Shown here: positions 1 through 12,459 of the stretch, in pieces
How positions within the stretch are numbered: position 1 is the first letter of the stretch
How the letters are laid out: every line of letters begins with the position of its first letter
NCBI RefSeq assembly: GCF_963921235.1
Contig: NC_086097.1
Span: forward strand, 178,996,001-179,060,000
Direction: 5' to 3'
From: Mobula hypostoma
Lineage: Eukaryota
Length of the DNA: 64,000 bases
Notes under the pieces: generated by a model
Database searches by the model: none
Told to the model about the DNA's origin: nothing
What the model saw: the letters and a program-made list of their open reading frames with translations, nothing else
Translations under genes and position numbers: made by a program

Positions 1-199
1 CTGGATTCTGTAGCATTTAGGCGAGAGAATCTCAAATTGCCACTTCCCTTTCGTGACGCAGAGCCTGGGAAAACAATCAGTGAGTGCTGTGGTTGGAATA
101 GGGAGTTCACCCCGCAGGGTAGATACAGGAGAACAGGTAGATGTTATGTACTTGGATTCCATTGAGGTGTGACAGGGAAGGTTGCTGTACAATGTAAGA

Positions 200-340
200 A
201 CAACAACTATTCCCTCGATGTTCGCAAAACTATAAAGGCTGATCATTGACTTCAGGAAGTCCGGTGCAGGGAGCACACACCCATTTGTATCAATGGTACT
301 GAAATGGAGATGGTTGTGAGCTTCCAGTTCCGAAGATGTT
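200..340 (+). mobile_element. Degenerate Rex1/Babar-type LINE RT fragment
   Basis: aaaactataaaggctgatcattgacttcaggaag resembles the KTKELIIDFRK motif; same family as 32890-33880. Boundaries approximate. Confidence 0.5.
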
Positions 341-367
341 CAAGCAAGTAGATGCTGTGGCTAATAT

Positions 368-3300
368 GGGAGGGGTAATACTGAGGGGGGTGTCACATGG
401 TGGGAGGGGCAGCACTGAGGGAATATGTCACACTGTGGAAAGGGCAGTACTGCGGGAGAGTCACACTGTGGGAGGGACAGTACTGAGGGAGGGTCACGCT
501 GTGGGAGGGACAGTACTGAGGGAGGGTCACGCTGTGGGAGGGACAGTACTGAGGAGAGTCACACTGTGGGAGGGACAGTACTGAGGGAGGGTCATACTGT
601 GGGAGGGACAGTACCGAGGGAGGGTCACACTGTGGAAGGGACAGTACTGAGGGAGTGTCACACTGTGGGAGGGACAGTACTGAGGGAGAGTCACACTGTG
701 GGAGGGACAGTACTGAGGGAGGGTCACACTGTGGGAGGGACAGTACTGAGGGAGAGTCACACTGTGGGAGGGACAGTACTGAGGGAGGGTCACGCTGTGG
801 GAGGGACAGTACTGAGGGAGGGTCACACTATGGGAGGGACAGTACTGAGGGAGGGTCACACTGTGGGAGGGACAGTACTGAGGGAGGGTCACACTATGGG
901 AGGGACAGTACTGAGGGAGAGTCACACTGTGGGAGGGACAGTACTGAGGGAGGGTCACACTGTGGGAGGGACAGTACTGAGGGAGGGTCACTGTGGGAGG
1001 GACAGTACTGAGGAGAGTCACACTGTGGGAGGGACAGTACTGAGGGAGGGTCATACTGTGGGAGGGACAGTACTGAGGGAGTGTCACACTGTGGGAGGGA
1101 CAGTACTGAGGTAGAGTCACACTGTGGGAGGGACAGTACTGAGGGGGGTTACACTGTGGAAGGGACAGTACTGAGGGAGTGTCACACTGTGGGAGGGACA
1201 GTACTGAGGGAGGGTCACACTGTGGGAGGGACAGTACTGAGGGAGGGTCACTGTGGGAGGGACAGTACTGAGGAGAGTCACACTGTGGGAGGGACAGTAC
1301 TGAGGGAGGGTCATACTGTGGGAGGGACAGTACTGAGGGAGTGTCACACTGTGGGAGGGACAGTACTGAGGTAGAGTCACACTGTGGGAGGGACAGTACT
1401 GAGGGGGGTTACACTGTGGAAGGGACAGTACTGAGGGAGTGTCACACTGTGGGAGGGACAGTACTGAGGGAGAGTCACACTGTGGGAGGGACAGTACTGA
1501 GGGAGGGTCACACTGTGGGAGGGACAGTACTGAGGGAGGGTCACACTGTGGGAGGGACAGTACTGAGGGAGAGTCACACTGTGGGAGGGACAGTACTGAG
1601 GAGAGTCACACTGTGGGAGGGACAGTACTGAGGGAGGGTCACACTGTGGGAGGGACAGTACTGAGGTAGAGTCACGCTGTGGGAGGGGCAGTACTGAGGG
1701 AGGGTCACACTGTGGGAGGGACAGTACTGAGGGGGGTCACACTGTGGAAGGGACAGTACTGAGGGAGTGTCACACTGTGGGAGGGACAGGACTGAGGGAG
1801 GGTCACACTGTGGGAGGGACAGTACTGAGGGAGGGTCATACTGTGGGAGGGACAGTACTGAGGGAGGGTCACACTGTGGAAGGGACAGTACTGAGGGAGT
1901 GTCACACTGTGGGAGGGACAGTACTGAGGGAGAGTCACACTGTGGGAGGGACAGTACTGAGGGAGGGTCACACTGTGGGAGGGACAGTACTGAGGGAGAG
2001 TCACACTGTGGGAGGGACAGTACTGAGGGAGGGTCACGCTGTGGGAGGGACAGTACTGAGGGAGGGTCACACTGTGGGAGGGACAGTACTGAGGGAGGGT
2101 CACACTGTGGGAGGGACAGTACTGAGGGAGGGTCACACTATGGGAGGGACAGTACTGAGGGAGAGTCACACTGTGGGAGGGACAGTACTGAGGGAGGGTC
2201 ACACTGTGGGAGGGACAGTACTGAGGGAGGGTCACTGTGGGAGGGACAGTACTGAGGAGAGTCACACTGTGGGAGGGACAGTACTGAGGGAGGGTCACAC
2301 TGTGGGAGGGACAGTACTGAGGGAGGGTCACACTGTGGGAGGGACAGTACTGAGGTAGAGTCACACTGTGGGAGGGACAGTACTGAGGGGGGTTACACTG
2401 TGGGAGGGACAGTACTGAGGGAGTGTCACACTGTGGGAGGGACAGTACTGAGGGAGAGTCACACTGTGGGAGGGACAGTACTGAGGGAGAGTCACACTGT
2501 GGGAGGGACAGTACTGAGGGAGGGTCACACTGTGGGAGGGACAGTACTGAGGGAGAGTCACACTGTGGGAGGGACAGTACTGAGGGAGGGTCACACTGTG
2601 GGAGGGACAGTACTGAGGGAGAGTCACACTGTGGGAGGGACAGTACTGAGGAGAGTCACACTGTGGGAGGGACAGTACTGAGGGAGGGTCACACTGTGGG
2701 AGGGACAGTACTGAGGTAGAGTCACGCTGTGGGAGGGGCAGTACTGAGGGAGGGTCACACTGTGGGAGGGACAGTACTGAGGGGGGTCACACTGTGGAAG
2801 GGACAGTACTGAGGGAGTGTCACACTGTGGGAGGGACAGGACTGAGGGAGGGTCACACTGTGGGAGGGACAGTACTGAGGGAGGGTCACACTGTGGGAGG
2901 GACAGTACTGAGGGAGAGTCACACTGTGGGAGGGACAGTACTGAGGGAGGGTCACACTGTGGGAGGGACAGTACTGAGGGAGGGTCACGCTGTGGGAGGG
3001 ACAGTACTGAGGGAGAGTCACACTGTGGGAGGGACAGTACTGAGGTAGAGTCACGCTGTGGGAGGGACAGTACTGAGGGAGAGTCACACTGTGGGAGGGA
3101 CAGTACTGAGGGAGAGTCACACTGTGGGAGGGACAGTACTGAGGGAGGGTCACACTGTGGGAGGGACAGTACTGAGGGAGAGTCACACTGTGGGAGGGAC
3201 AGTACTGAGGAGAGTCACGCTGTGGGAGGGACAGTACTGAGGGAGAGTCACACTGTGGGAAGGACAGTACTGAGAGAGAGTCACACTGTGGAAGGGACAG

Positions 3301-3870
3301 TACTGAGGGAGAGTCACACTGTGGGAGGGACAGTACTGAGGGAGGGTCACACTGTGGGAGGGACAGTACTGAGGGAGAGTCATACTGTGGGAGGGACAGT
3401 ACTGCGGGAGTGTCACACTGTGGGAGGGACAGTACTGAGGGGGGTTACACTGTGGAAGGGACAGTACTGAGGGAGTGTCACACTGTGGGAGGGACAGTAC
3501 TGAGGGAGAATCACGCTGTGGGACGGACAGTACTGCGGGAGTGTCACACTGTGGGAGGGACAGTACTGAGGGGGGTTACACTGTGGAAGGGACAGTACTG
3601 AGGGAGTGTCACACTGTGGAAGGGACAGTACTGAGGGAGTGTCACGCTGTGGGAGGGACAGTACTGAGGGAGTGTCACGCTGTGGGAGGGACAGTACTGA
3701 GGGGGGTTACACTGTGGGAGGGACAGTACTGAGGGAGTGTCACACTGTGGGACGGACAGTACTGAGGGAGAGTCACGCTGTAGGTGGGGCAGTACTGAGG
3801 GAGAGTCACGCTGTAGGTGGGGCAGTACTGAGGGGATGTCTCACCATGTGGAAGGGGCGATACTGAGGGA
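368..3870. repeat. 33-bp G-rich minisatellite, about 105 units (CACACTGTGGGAGGGACAGTACTGAGGGAG[G/A/T]GT)
   Basis: Directly visible tandem array. Its 11-codon period produces the HTVGGTVLREG and SVTLPQYCPSH pseudo-ORFs. Units are more diverged at both edges. Confidence 0.98.
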
Positions 3871-5593
3871 GAACATGGCTGAGATTTGTCATTTGTGATC
3901 TGGCCCTTGGCAGCTGGGGTGAAGAGGGCCTGGAAGACTGACACTAAGATCCAGAGGTGTTCTGCACAGTTCCTGTTCGAAGTAGCCCTAGGTCAGTTTT
4001 TAATCTCCTGCCTTGTTTGCATTCTTTATGCTGGGGTTTTATTTTCGCTCGTGACCGTAAGGCCCTCCCTCCCACATCATCCTCCACACCTCACTGTCAT
4101 TTCAATCTTACCTTCAGTATGTGATTTTTTTCCCTAAACTTGTCACTGTTTGTGATGAGTATCATCAATAAGTCTGCAATTTGAGGACGCTGATAATTGC
4201 TTCCAGTCTCATTTGAGGAGGGTGGGTAACAGGAGGCAAGAGCAGAGACATCTTCCTTCAGAAAGCTGTCACAGGTTGATAAGGAAATTTGAACAGATTT
4301 AATTTCTGATCCCCGGACCGTGTGGAGTGAGAATGAAATGATGCTATCTGTTCAATTCGGCGACTACGTTGTGAATACCAGTGGTGGGGCTGCTGGACGT
4401 GTGTGGGATGGTACAGTGCAGGAGAGTTCTCTGCAGAGCTTGTGATTTAAAGGAAATCAAGGCAGACATCAGGAGCTGCCTACAAGCACCAGTTCCTCTC
4501 TGCAACAGCTTTGATGTGCTACTTTAATAGGATCACTATGTGAACCCATCACACGTTTTATAATCAATAGGCATCGTAGTCATCAGTGCTTTGTTGTTGA
4601 AAGCTCTTTACAGACAAAGCAATCTTGTGTCAGCTCTGTTTTTGCTTAGCAAAGATTCTTCAAATATATTTAACCTGAAATCATTGGGCAAGCAGGAACT
4701 TTATTCCTTAGAGCAAAGGAGAATGAGGGGTGACCTTTAAAGAGGTGTAAAAATATGATGGGATAGATAGGATAAATGCACTCAGTCTTCTTCCCAGAGA
4801 AGGGGAACTAAAAACAATTTCTTCCCCTCTCCTATTGGATACGTGAATGGTCCATGAGCACTACCGCGTTCTTCCTGTTTCTTTTCGTTCTATTTATTAA
4901 CTTGTAACTTACAGTGATTTTCTGTCTTTTCATTGTGCTGCTGCTGCAGAACAGCAAATTTCATGTCATATAGGATGGTGATAATAAACCTGATTCTAGG
5001 TGGCATAGGTTAAAGGTGAGAGGGGAAAGATTTAAAAGGGATCTGAGGGGTGACGTTTTTCACCTAGAGGGCGGTGCATTTAGGGAACAAGCTGCTTGAG
5101 GAAGTGGTTGAGGATGGTACATTCGCAGCATTTTGAAGACACTTGGGCAGGTACATGGATAAGAAAAGTTTAGAGGGATATGGGCCAAACATTGGCATGG
5201 ATGAATTGGACTGGAGGCCCTGGTTCTGTGCCTTGTTACTTTATTCTTCCAGGTAGCTTTCAATGTTTTAATTATTCTTTCCATATGTTGGTCTTTAGTA
5301 GGAACTAGCTGACCAACTGTCAATCAAATGGAACTTAAAAATTAAGGACATGATTTGAAAATGTCCTGTCACGCATCTGACCAATACTCAGTGTTTTAGA
5401 AACTTCTTCCTTATTGCCATCAGATTTGTAAACGGTCAATGAACCCAGAAATCAGAATCAACATCATCAGCATGGATTATTTTGGTGGTGAGAGCTACTT
5501 ACAGACACAAAGAATAACCCCGCAATTCACCAAGCAGTCTGCTGGCCAATGACAAGACGTCTGTACTTACAATGTTCTCTGTTTCTCCTCCAG

Positions 5594-5725
5594 AGGAAGG
5601 CCTGAGTCACGAGTGCAAGCTATGCAGCCAGACCTTTGACTCTCCAGCCAAGCTCCAGTGTCACCTCATTGAACACAGCTTCGAAGGCATGGGGGGCACC
5701 TTTAAATGCCCCGTCTGCTTCACAG
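5594..5725 (+). CDS. ZNF521: Internal coding exon (132 nt, phase 1/1) of a ZNF521/ZNF423-family multi-C2H2 zinc-finger protein: (E)[43 protein letters not shown]
   Basis: Polypyrimidine tract plus CAG acceptor (ttctctgtttctcctccag, ends 5593) and G|GTAGG donor at 5726. Peptide matches the recalled C-terminal fingers of ZNF521 ([13 protein letters not shown]) better than ZNF423 (NQMFDSPAKLLCH). Confidence 0.9.
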
Positions 5726-5769
5726 GTAGGGGCTCTGGGCTCGGCAAGGGGGCACGGGGGAAAGGAGTC

Positions 5770-6015
5770 CCAGGAAGGGGAGGGTTTGTGGGCTTTGCAC
5801 GGTCTCCCTGCGACTATCTGGGTTTCCCCTGGGTGCTGTGGTTCCCACCCACGTTCCAAAGGTGGGTGGGTCGCTTAATTAGCCCTTGTGTGAGCAGGTG
5901 GCAAATGGGTGGTGGGAGGGGGGAAGAGAAGGAAGTGCATGGATCCAGGGAGAGGGGTAGGAATGTGATTGATGGGATAATCCCCTAGGAGAAGGCATGG
6001 GCCCTATAACTCTGT
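5770..6015 (+). mobile_element. Degenerate V-SINE/HE1-like SINE remnant
   Basis: tttgcacggtctccctgcgactatctgggtttcccctgggtgctgtggttcccacccacgttccaaag resembles the V-SINE central domain. Confidence 0.55.
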
Positions 6016-6119
6016 CCAGCTGCCAATCCCTCCACATCTCTGTAAGGCCTTCGGGCCCTTACACCTGTTCCTGTCTCTGTAACCCTCACCAACCCCTACA
6101 TCCTTGGATCTCTGTAACA

Positions 6120-6900
6120 CTCTCCACCCCTCCCTGTCTCTGTAAACATCTCCAACCCCTACAACCCTCCTCATCTCTGTAAATCCCCTCTGGTGTCTAC
6201 ACACCTCCCTGTCTCTAAACACCTCCAACCCCTACAACCCTCCCCATCCCTGTAAATCCCCTCTGGTGTCTACACACCTCCCTGTCTCTAAACACCTCCA
6301 ACCCCTACAACCCTCCTCATCCCTGTAAATCCCCTCTGGTGTCTACACACCTCCCTGTCTCTAAACACCTCCAACCCCTACAACCCTCCCCATCCCTGTA
6401 AATCCCCTCTGGTGTCTACACACCTCCCTGTCTCTAAACACCTCCAACCCCTACAACCCTCTCCATCCCTGTAAATCCCCTCTGGTGTCTACACACCTCC
6501 CTGTCTCTAAACACCTCCAACCCCTACAACCCTCCCCATCCCTGTAAATCCCCTCTGGTGTCTACACACCTCCCTGTCTCTGTAAACATCTCCAACCCCT
6601 ACAACCCTCCCCATCCCTGTAAATCCCCTCTGGTGTCTACACACCTCCCTGTCTCTGTAAACATCTCCAACCCCTACAACCCTCCCCATCCCTGTAAATC
6701 CCCTCTGGTGTCTACACACCTCCCTGTCTCTAAACACCTCCAACCCCTACAACCCTCTCCATCCCTGTAAATCCCCTCTGGTGTCTACACACATCCCTGT
6801 CTCTGTAAACATCTCCAACCCCTACAACCCTCCCCATCCCTGTAAATCCTCTCTGGTGTCTACACACCTCCCTGTCTCTGTAAACATCTCCAGCCTCCAC
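6120..6900. repeat. 73/75-bp C-rich tandem repeat, about 10 copies
   Basis: Unit aaatcccctctggtgtctacacacctccctgtctc(tg)taaaca(c/t)ctccaacccctacaaccctccccatccctgt repeats directly. Confidence 0.97.
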
Positions 6901-7087
6901 ACACTGTCCTATCGATATTAACCATTCCAGCCCCTACACCCCACTCTACCTCTGGAACCCCTTCCTGCCACTACGTTCCTCAATCCCTCACACATACGTG
7001 TAAATACATACACACACACGTGTGGCACACACAGATGCACACACACTTACATATACATAGAAACACATGCACAGAGACACGTAGTCT

Positions 7088-7091
<4 letters not shown>

Positions 7092-7140
<49 letters not shown>
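7092..7140. repeat. (CA)n microsatellite
   Basis: Uninterrupted CA run. Confidence 0.98.
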
Positions 7141-7142
<2 letters not shown>

Positions 7143-7739
7143 TGAAGGAGTGTCTAGTTTAACTATCGGTACAGTCTGGCTCAGTGGGTCGCGAAAGGAT
7201 ATGGTGCCCACAAACTGAGCTCGGGAAGAACTTGTGATCCTAACTTCAATAAAATCCTGGTGGGGAGATTAATGATGCCCACAGTCATCTTTGGTTGCAA
7301 ATGGGAGGTGTTCCAAACCCCAGCTGGTTCAGTGGTACTCGTTCTAGATACCCTGACTCCATGAAAATATGGCTCTGAGCTTGCACTCAGGTGGAACCTT
7401 ACAGCCTATGGTCTGGTTCAGATTACATGAGGAGACCACTCAACCCATCAAATCTGTACTAGGTCAGTATAGGAACAACACAGCCAATCTTACTCCCCAT
7501 CCTCTCCTCTCTCCCTGCAAATCTTTTCCTTTCAAATACCCACCGAGTATCCTTCCCAATGCTTCCATAGCCTCTAGAGCACCAAACTCATCCACTCACT
7601 CAAGATTTCAGATGACTAATTTATCTCTATCCAATACATCTTTTATGGTTGAAATACCTCTGTTAGATCTCCTCACAACATTCTCTGTTTCAAGGAGAAC
7701 CATCCTGGTTTCTGCAGAGTATCCACATACTCAAACCCT

Positions 7740-8510
7740 TCATGACGAAGAAATAGCCAATGGAGTTTAAGCCAAGCGTATGTCAGGTGTTGTGCTTTGG
7801 GAGGTCAAATGTCATGAGAAAGTAGACAGGAAATGGCAGAACCCTGAGGTACAAAAGGATCTTGGGGACCAAGTCCATATCCTCCTAAACGTAGAAACAC
7901 AAGAAGATAGGGTGGTAAAAAGGGCTTGCAGCATGCTTGCTTTGATTGGTTGGGCACCGAGTATAAGAGTCAAGAAGTCATATTGCAGTTGTATAAAAAA
8001 TTCTTTAATCCAACTTACACAGGTGGTTAGCCCATCCCAGGAGGCTTTGCAGAGGGTGCAGGACGGGTTCACCAGGATGCTGCCTGGATTAGAGAGTATT
8101 AACTATAGGGAGGGGTTGGACACACTTGGGTTGTTTTCTCTGAAGCGTCAAAGGCTGAGGGGAGACCTGATAGAAATTTTTTAAATGATGAGAGATATAG
8201 ATAGGGTAGGCAGTCAGAATCTTTTTCCCAGGCTGGAAATATCAAATATTAGAGGGCTCAGGATTAAGCTGAGAGGGAGAAAATTTAAAGGAGATGTGTG
8301 GGGTATGTTTTTTGCACAGAGGGTGACAAGTGCCTGGAGATGCTGGAAGCAGATGCAATAGTGGCATTTAAAAGTTATTTTGACAAACACATGAACAGAC
8401 AGGGAATGGAGAGATATGGATTATGCATAGGCAGATGGAATTAGTTGGATTGGCATCAGGGTCAGCACAGACAGTGGGCTGAAGGACCTGTGCCTGTACT
8501 TTATGATCTA
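7740..8510 (+). mobile_element. CR1/HER1-type LINE 3' fragment, decayed
   Basis: ORF 7780-8184 contains QKDLG..V and LQRVQDGFTRMLPGLESINYREGLDTLGLFSLKRQRLRGDLIE; CR1-type tail gggctgaaggacctgtgcctgtact. Confidence 0.9.
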
Positions 8511-9849
8511 TGTCCTAACCCAGCCGTCTCTGCAATCCTATGTGTGTGGATATACAGTAAAGAGAGAGTGCCACCAAATCAACTGGGGTCTTTGAAAAAA
8601 TGTACATGGCTTTTCCAGTTCAGGTGCTGTACTTGTTCAGTGCTCTGTGTGCTGTGCTCCATGTTCTGTGTGTTTTATGTTCGATGTTCTGTGTTCTGTA
8701 TTCTATGTACCAATTTTTATTTACTCATCATGCTGCTTCAGAATGACTTGGCTAGCTGTAAGGAGTCCTGTATTTTTACTAGAAGGTGGAAGGTGCTATA
8801 GAAATGCAGGTGGTGCATTTCTTTTTCCTGAATGGAAAAGTAACGATCTGCATTTGCCAGTGATTTTCGCCCACCAGCCCCATCTCCTGCAGCCAAGCCC
8901 CATCGCCAGTCCATCAGTTTTTGTCCGGTTCACATCGAGAGATGGGGATGGGGGCCTCCTCACTCCCAGCCACGCATCTCCAGCTGGTGGAAGTCTGACC
9001 AGCACAGCGGAGATTCTGTCAGGACATCTCCCTGTTCCCCAGGACTGAATATCCCGCTAATGAGGAGAGCGGAGGCGATGGAGGGCAGAAGGAAGGGGAA
9101 GATCCCACAGCACGAGCCCCGAAGAAGACCTCTGGCCTGGACAGCTCGCCTTTGACAGCAAGCCATGCAGCAGTGATGGTTTCAATTTTAATGACTACGA
9201 GCAAGGCCTCAGTAAAGTGAAGAGATGTTTACCAGAGAGACACGCCATTAATAATTGAACAGTTTATGCCACAGGCAGTGTTTGGGTTGGGAAAAGAGAT
9301 TTTTTGAAGGATATTTGGTGCACTGTGACCTACAAAGGTAGAACACACTGAATCATTACTAAAAGACGGATGAGGCTTATTGGAGGAGGGGAGACCAAAC
9401 AGCAAAAATAAACATTAATTAAAGGCCCAGCCTCCAGAAAAGCATTGAAGAAATAGGAATTCTGGATCTTTTGAAAACTGATAAATAACATATAAATATT
9501 TTTTTAAATTGCTAATTGGCTTATTATTGTCATCTGTTTCAAGGTACAGTGGAAACCCTGTCTTGCATACATTTCATACAGAACATTCCATTACAACAGT
9601 GCATTGAGATAGTACAAGCGAAAGCAATAGCAGAATGTTACAGTTACAGAGAAACTGCAGTGCAGGTAAACAGTGAGAGGTCACGATGAGGTAAACTCTG
9701 TGAGGTCAAGATTCCAGTATAGCCCCCTGCTCACCCAGCTATCTCCAGCTGAGGAGGAGGCTACATTGAGGTGTGTGAGTTAATTCCTCTTCCCAAGAAA
9801 CTTCACAGAATCAGAGACAAACTACCCCTTCTGGGACCTCCAGAGGCTC

Positions 9850-10545
9850 AGAGTCATGGAGCCATACAGACAGAAGCAGGCCTTTGGCCTAACTAGTTCA
9901 TATGAACCAAGGTGCCCACCTAAGCTAGACCAATTTGCCTGCATTGGGTCCATAAACCTCTAAACCTTTCCTATCCTTGTACCTGTTCAATGCGTTTTAA
10001 GTGTAGTTTTAGTCATGGAATCATTTATGTTTAATTTACTGTACATTTTCCTTGTGAATGCTGCTTATCTGATGCTATCTATGTGCCTTTGTGCTGCTAC
10101 AAGTAAGTTTTTCATTGCACCTGTGCATACATGGACCTGTGCATTTTGACTTTGACTCCGATCCATTCAACTTTCCTTTAAATATTGCTCATGTTCCTGC
10201 CTCATCTGCCTTGTCTGCAGCTTGTTCCTTATAAGGACCACTATTTGGGTGGAAAAATTGTCCCTCAGGTTCCTACTAAATCTCTCCTCTCTCACCTTAA
10301 ACCTGTGCCCTCTTGTTCTTGATTCCCCAAACCAAGTAAAAAAGATGGTGTGCATTCTCCCTATCTTTGCCCCTTGTGATTTTATATACTTCTGTATAAT
10401 CACATCCAAGGAATAAAATCTTAACCTGTCCAACCACTCCCGATAACCCGAGTACAGGTAGCATTCTTGTACATCTCGTGGCAGGACTCTTCCCAGCCTC
10501 ATGGCATTTTCCTGTAGTAGGATGACCAAAACTGAACCTAATTTT
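9850..10545 (-). mobile_element. CR1-type LINE 3' fragment with an inserted short LINE tail
   Basis: Minus ORF 10167-10529 contains YREWLDRL..YSL and GESRTRGHRFKVR. Confidence 0.8.
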
Positions 10546-10930
10546 CAGTTTGTGTGCATGTATGTGTGAATGCAGGTGGGTGTATGAACATGTGTGTGCT
10601 CCTGTCTGCGTGCCTGTAATTGATGTGTTAGCACGTGTGAGAGTGTGTACTTGTTCATATCCGAAACTATGTTTGTGTGTGTGAGTGTACAGGTGAAACT
10701 GAGTGTGTACAGTATCTGACTGTGTCTGCTGTGTGTGTGTATATGTGTGTGCTTGTAAGTATGTACACTACTGTGTGTGTTTGTAGTTGTGCATTTGTGT
10801 TTTTACGTGTGTGTATTTGTCCTTGTATGTAGGTACTCGTGTCTGAGTCTGTGTATTTCTGTGTGCCCCTTACATGAACACATCCTCTCCATTGGATTCA
10901 TCAGCCACTCTCACTGTCCTGTCTCTGCAG

Positions 10931-11046
10931 CCTTTGTCCAGGCAAACAAGTTACAGCAACACATCTTCTCCGCCCACGGACAAGAAGACAAGATCTACGA
11001 CTGCTCACAGTGCCCACAGAAATTCTTCTTCCAAACAGAGTTGCAG
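10931..11046 (+). CDS. ZNF521: Coding exon (116 nt, phase 1/0) of the ZNF521-family gene: (A)[38 protein letters not shown]
   Basis: Acceptor ctgtcctgtctctgcag (ends 10930), donor CAG|GTAAG at 11047. Phase is compatible with the upstream exon (G|CC = Ala). It completes one finger and begins the last; HIFSAH is ZNF521-like (ZNF423 has HIFAVH). Confidence 0.92.
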
Positions 11047-11354
11047 GTAAGCCTGTCTAACTGTGCTCCGTCTCAGTTTCACTCACGACAGAGCCGGTGT
11101 GGGTTATCCATCCCAGCTCTCGCAGCAGCACCATCTTCCCGGCAACTTCACTTGGGGTTCTACCAGATCCCAGGATTTATCACAGTGAATCCCATCAACC
11201 TGCCACTGGTGGCTTTGACTTCAGTTACCTGTGCCCCAAACCTCTCCATATCTTCCCCCTATTGTGGTCCACACTACTGACTGTGCCTTTGTTAAGATTC
11301 TAGATTATTTCATTAATTGAATTTAATGCTGTGGTGGTATTTGAACTTGGGGCT

Positions 11355-12215
11355 TCAGACCATAGGAACAGAATTAGGCCATCCAGGCCATGGAATATGC
11401 AGTGCCATTTGATCATTGTTAAGGTGTTTTCCCTCTCAACCCCATTCTCTGCCTTCTCTCCATAACCTTTGCTCACTCTAGGTCGCATCTGGAATTTCCA
11501 GTTGGCAGATGATTTCCCTCCACGCCGCTCTGACATATTGGGAAATATGTACGTGGTAGGTTACAGCAGTGGTTTGCCTTTGCCTTCTGCCAGGTGAGTT
11601 TAAAGAGATCACCACCTCTTGCAGTGGATGACCAGGACGTCTAAGTGCCTTGTTGTGCTCTTAGCTCTCCACAACGCCTGCTGGCCTGCCTCCTTGACCG
11701 TTGGACCATTAATCGGTCTCTTCCGCTCAGTCCACCATGGCCAGACTTCACACGCTGGGACAGGCAAATCCCCTACCTCACGGAGGGTCGAAGACCCGTT
11801 GGCTACCCTCACCTGGTTGGCCCGTCTGCCGAGACGGTTTACCGGGGTGTGGCCACTGTGTGTGCTACAGCTACTTGGAGCCACAGGTGAGAGCTGAGCG
11901 CCAGGTGGAGACCAAAGGTGGACCAGCTGCCCTGAAAAAGGGCACGGCAGGCCCCCCCACCAGAGGTGCTACCCCTCCCTAGACACCTCATACACCCCCT
12001 TGACACCCTTACTAATCAAGAACCTATCAACCTCTACTTTAAATTTCCCCAATAACCACAGCCATCTGTAGCAATGAATTCTGCAGGTTCACTACCCTCT
12101 GGCTAAGGAAGTTCCTCCCCATCTCACACTTAAATGGATGTCCTTGCATTCTGAGCCTGTGCCCTCTGGTCCGAGACACTCCGACCACTGGAGACATCCT
12201 CTCCACGTCTACTCT
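11355..12215 (-). mobile_element. CR1-type 3' end split by a ~525-bp insertion
   Basis: accataggaacagaattaggccat...ctctccataacctttg resumes colinearly at ccttgacacccttactaatcaagaacc. Confidence 0.8.
11472..11996 (-). mobile_element. GC-rich non-autonomous retroelement, probably RTE-related
   Basis: Interrupts the CR1 tail, with possible 6-bp TSD cctttg/cccttg. Contains gtggtttgcctttgccttct, similar to the RTE/Bov-A-type GAAGGCAATGGCAAACCAC motif on the minus strand. Confidence 0.55.
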
Positions 12216-12459
12216 ATCGGGCTATCGCTGTCACGTGTTCTGGGTGGGTAGGCCGAGCCCTCTGGATTACTAATCTGGTTGTTTAACCACTGCAAGCACG
12301 TCAGCCGAGGCATCGAGTACCAGTAACATGAAGATATAGTACTGGTATTGGTAATTGATTTTCTATTGCCACAAGTACCCAGATGCACTGAAATGTTTTG
12401 CATGTCACCCAGACAGATCGTTTTATACACCGTGTATAAAATGGGTGGTGGGATGGAGG

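Noticed and set aside
368..3870. CRISPR-like array
   Set aside because: Head-to-tail repeats with no unique spacers, no cas genes, vertebrate context.
336..3944. Long repetitive ORFs (HTVGGTVLREG, SHCGRDSTEGG, SVTLPQYCPSH) as proteins
   Set aside because: Artefacts of a 33-bp unit open in several frames on both strands, with frequent frameshifting unit variants.
5572..5988. 138-aa ORF as a stand-alone gene (likewise 10777-11280)
   Set aside because: Only the splice-site-bounded portions match zinc fingers; the rest is intron or SINE read-through.
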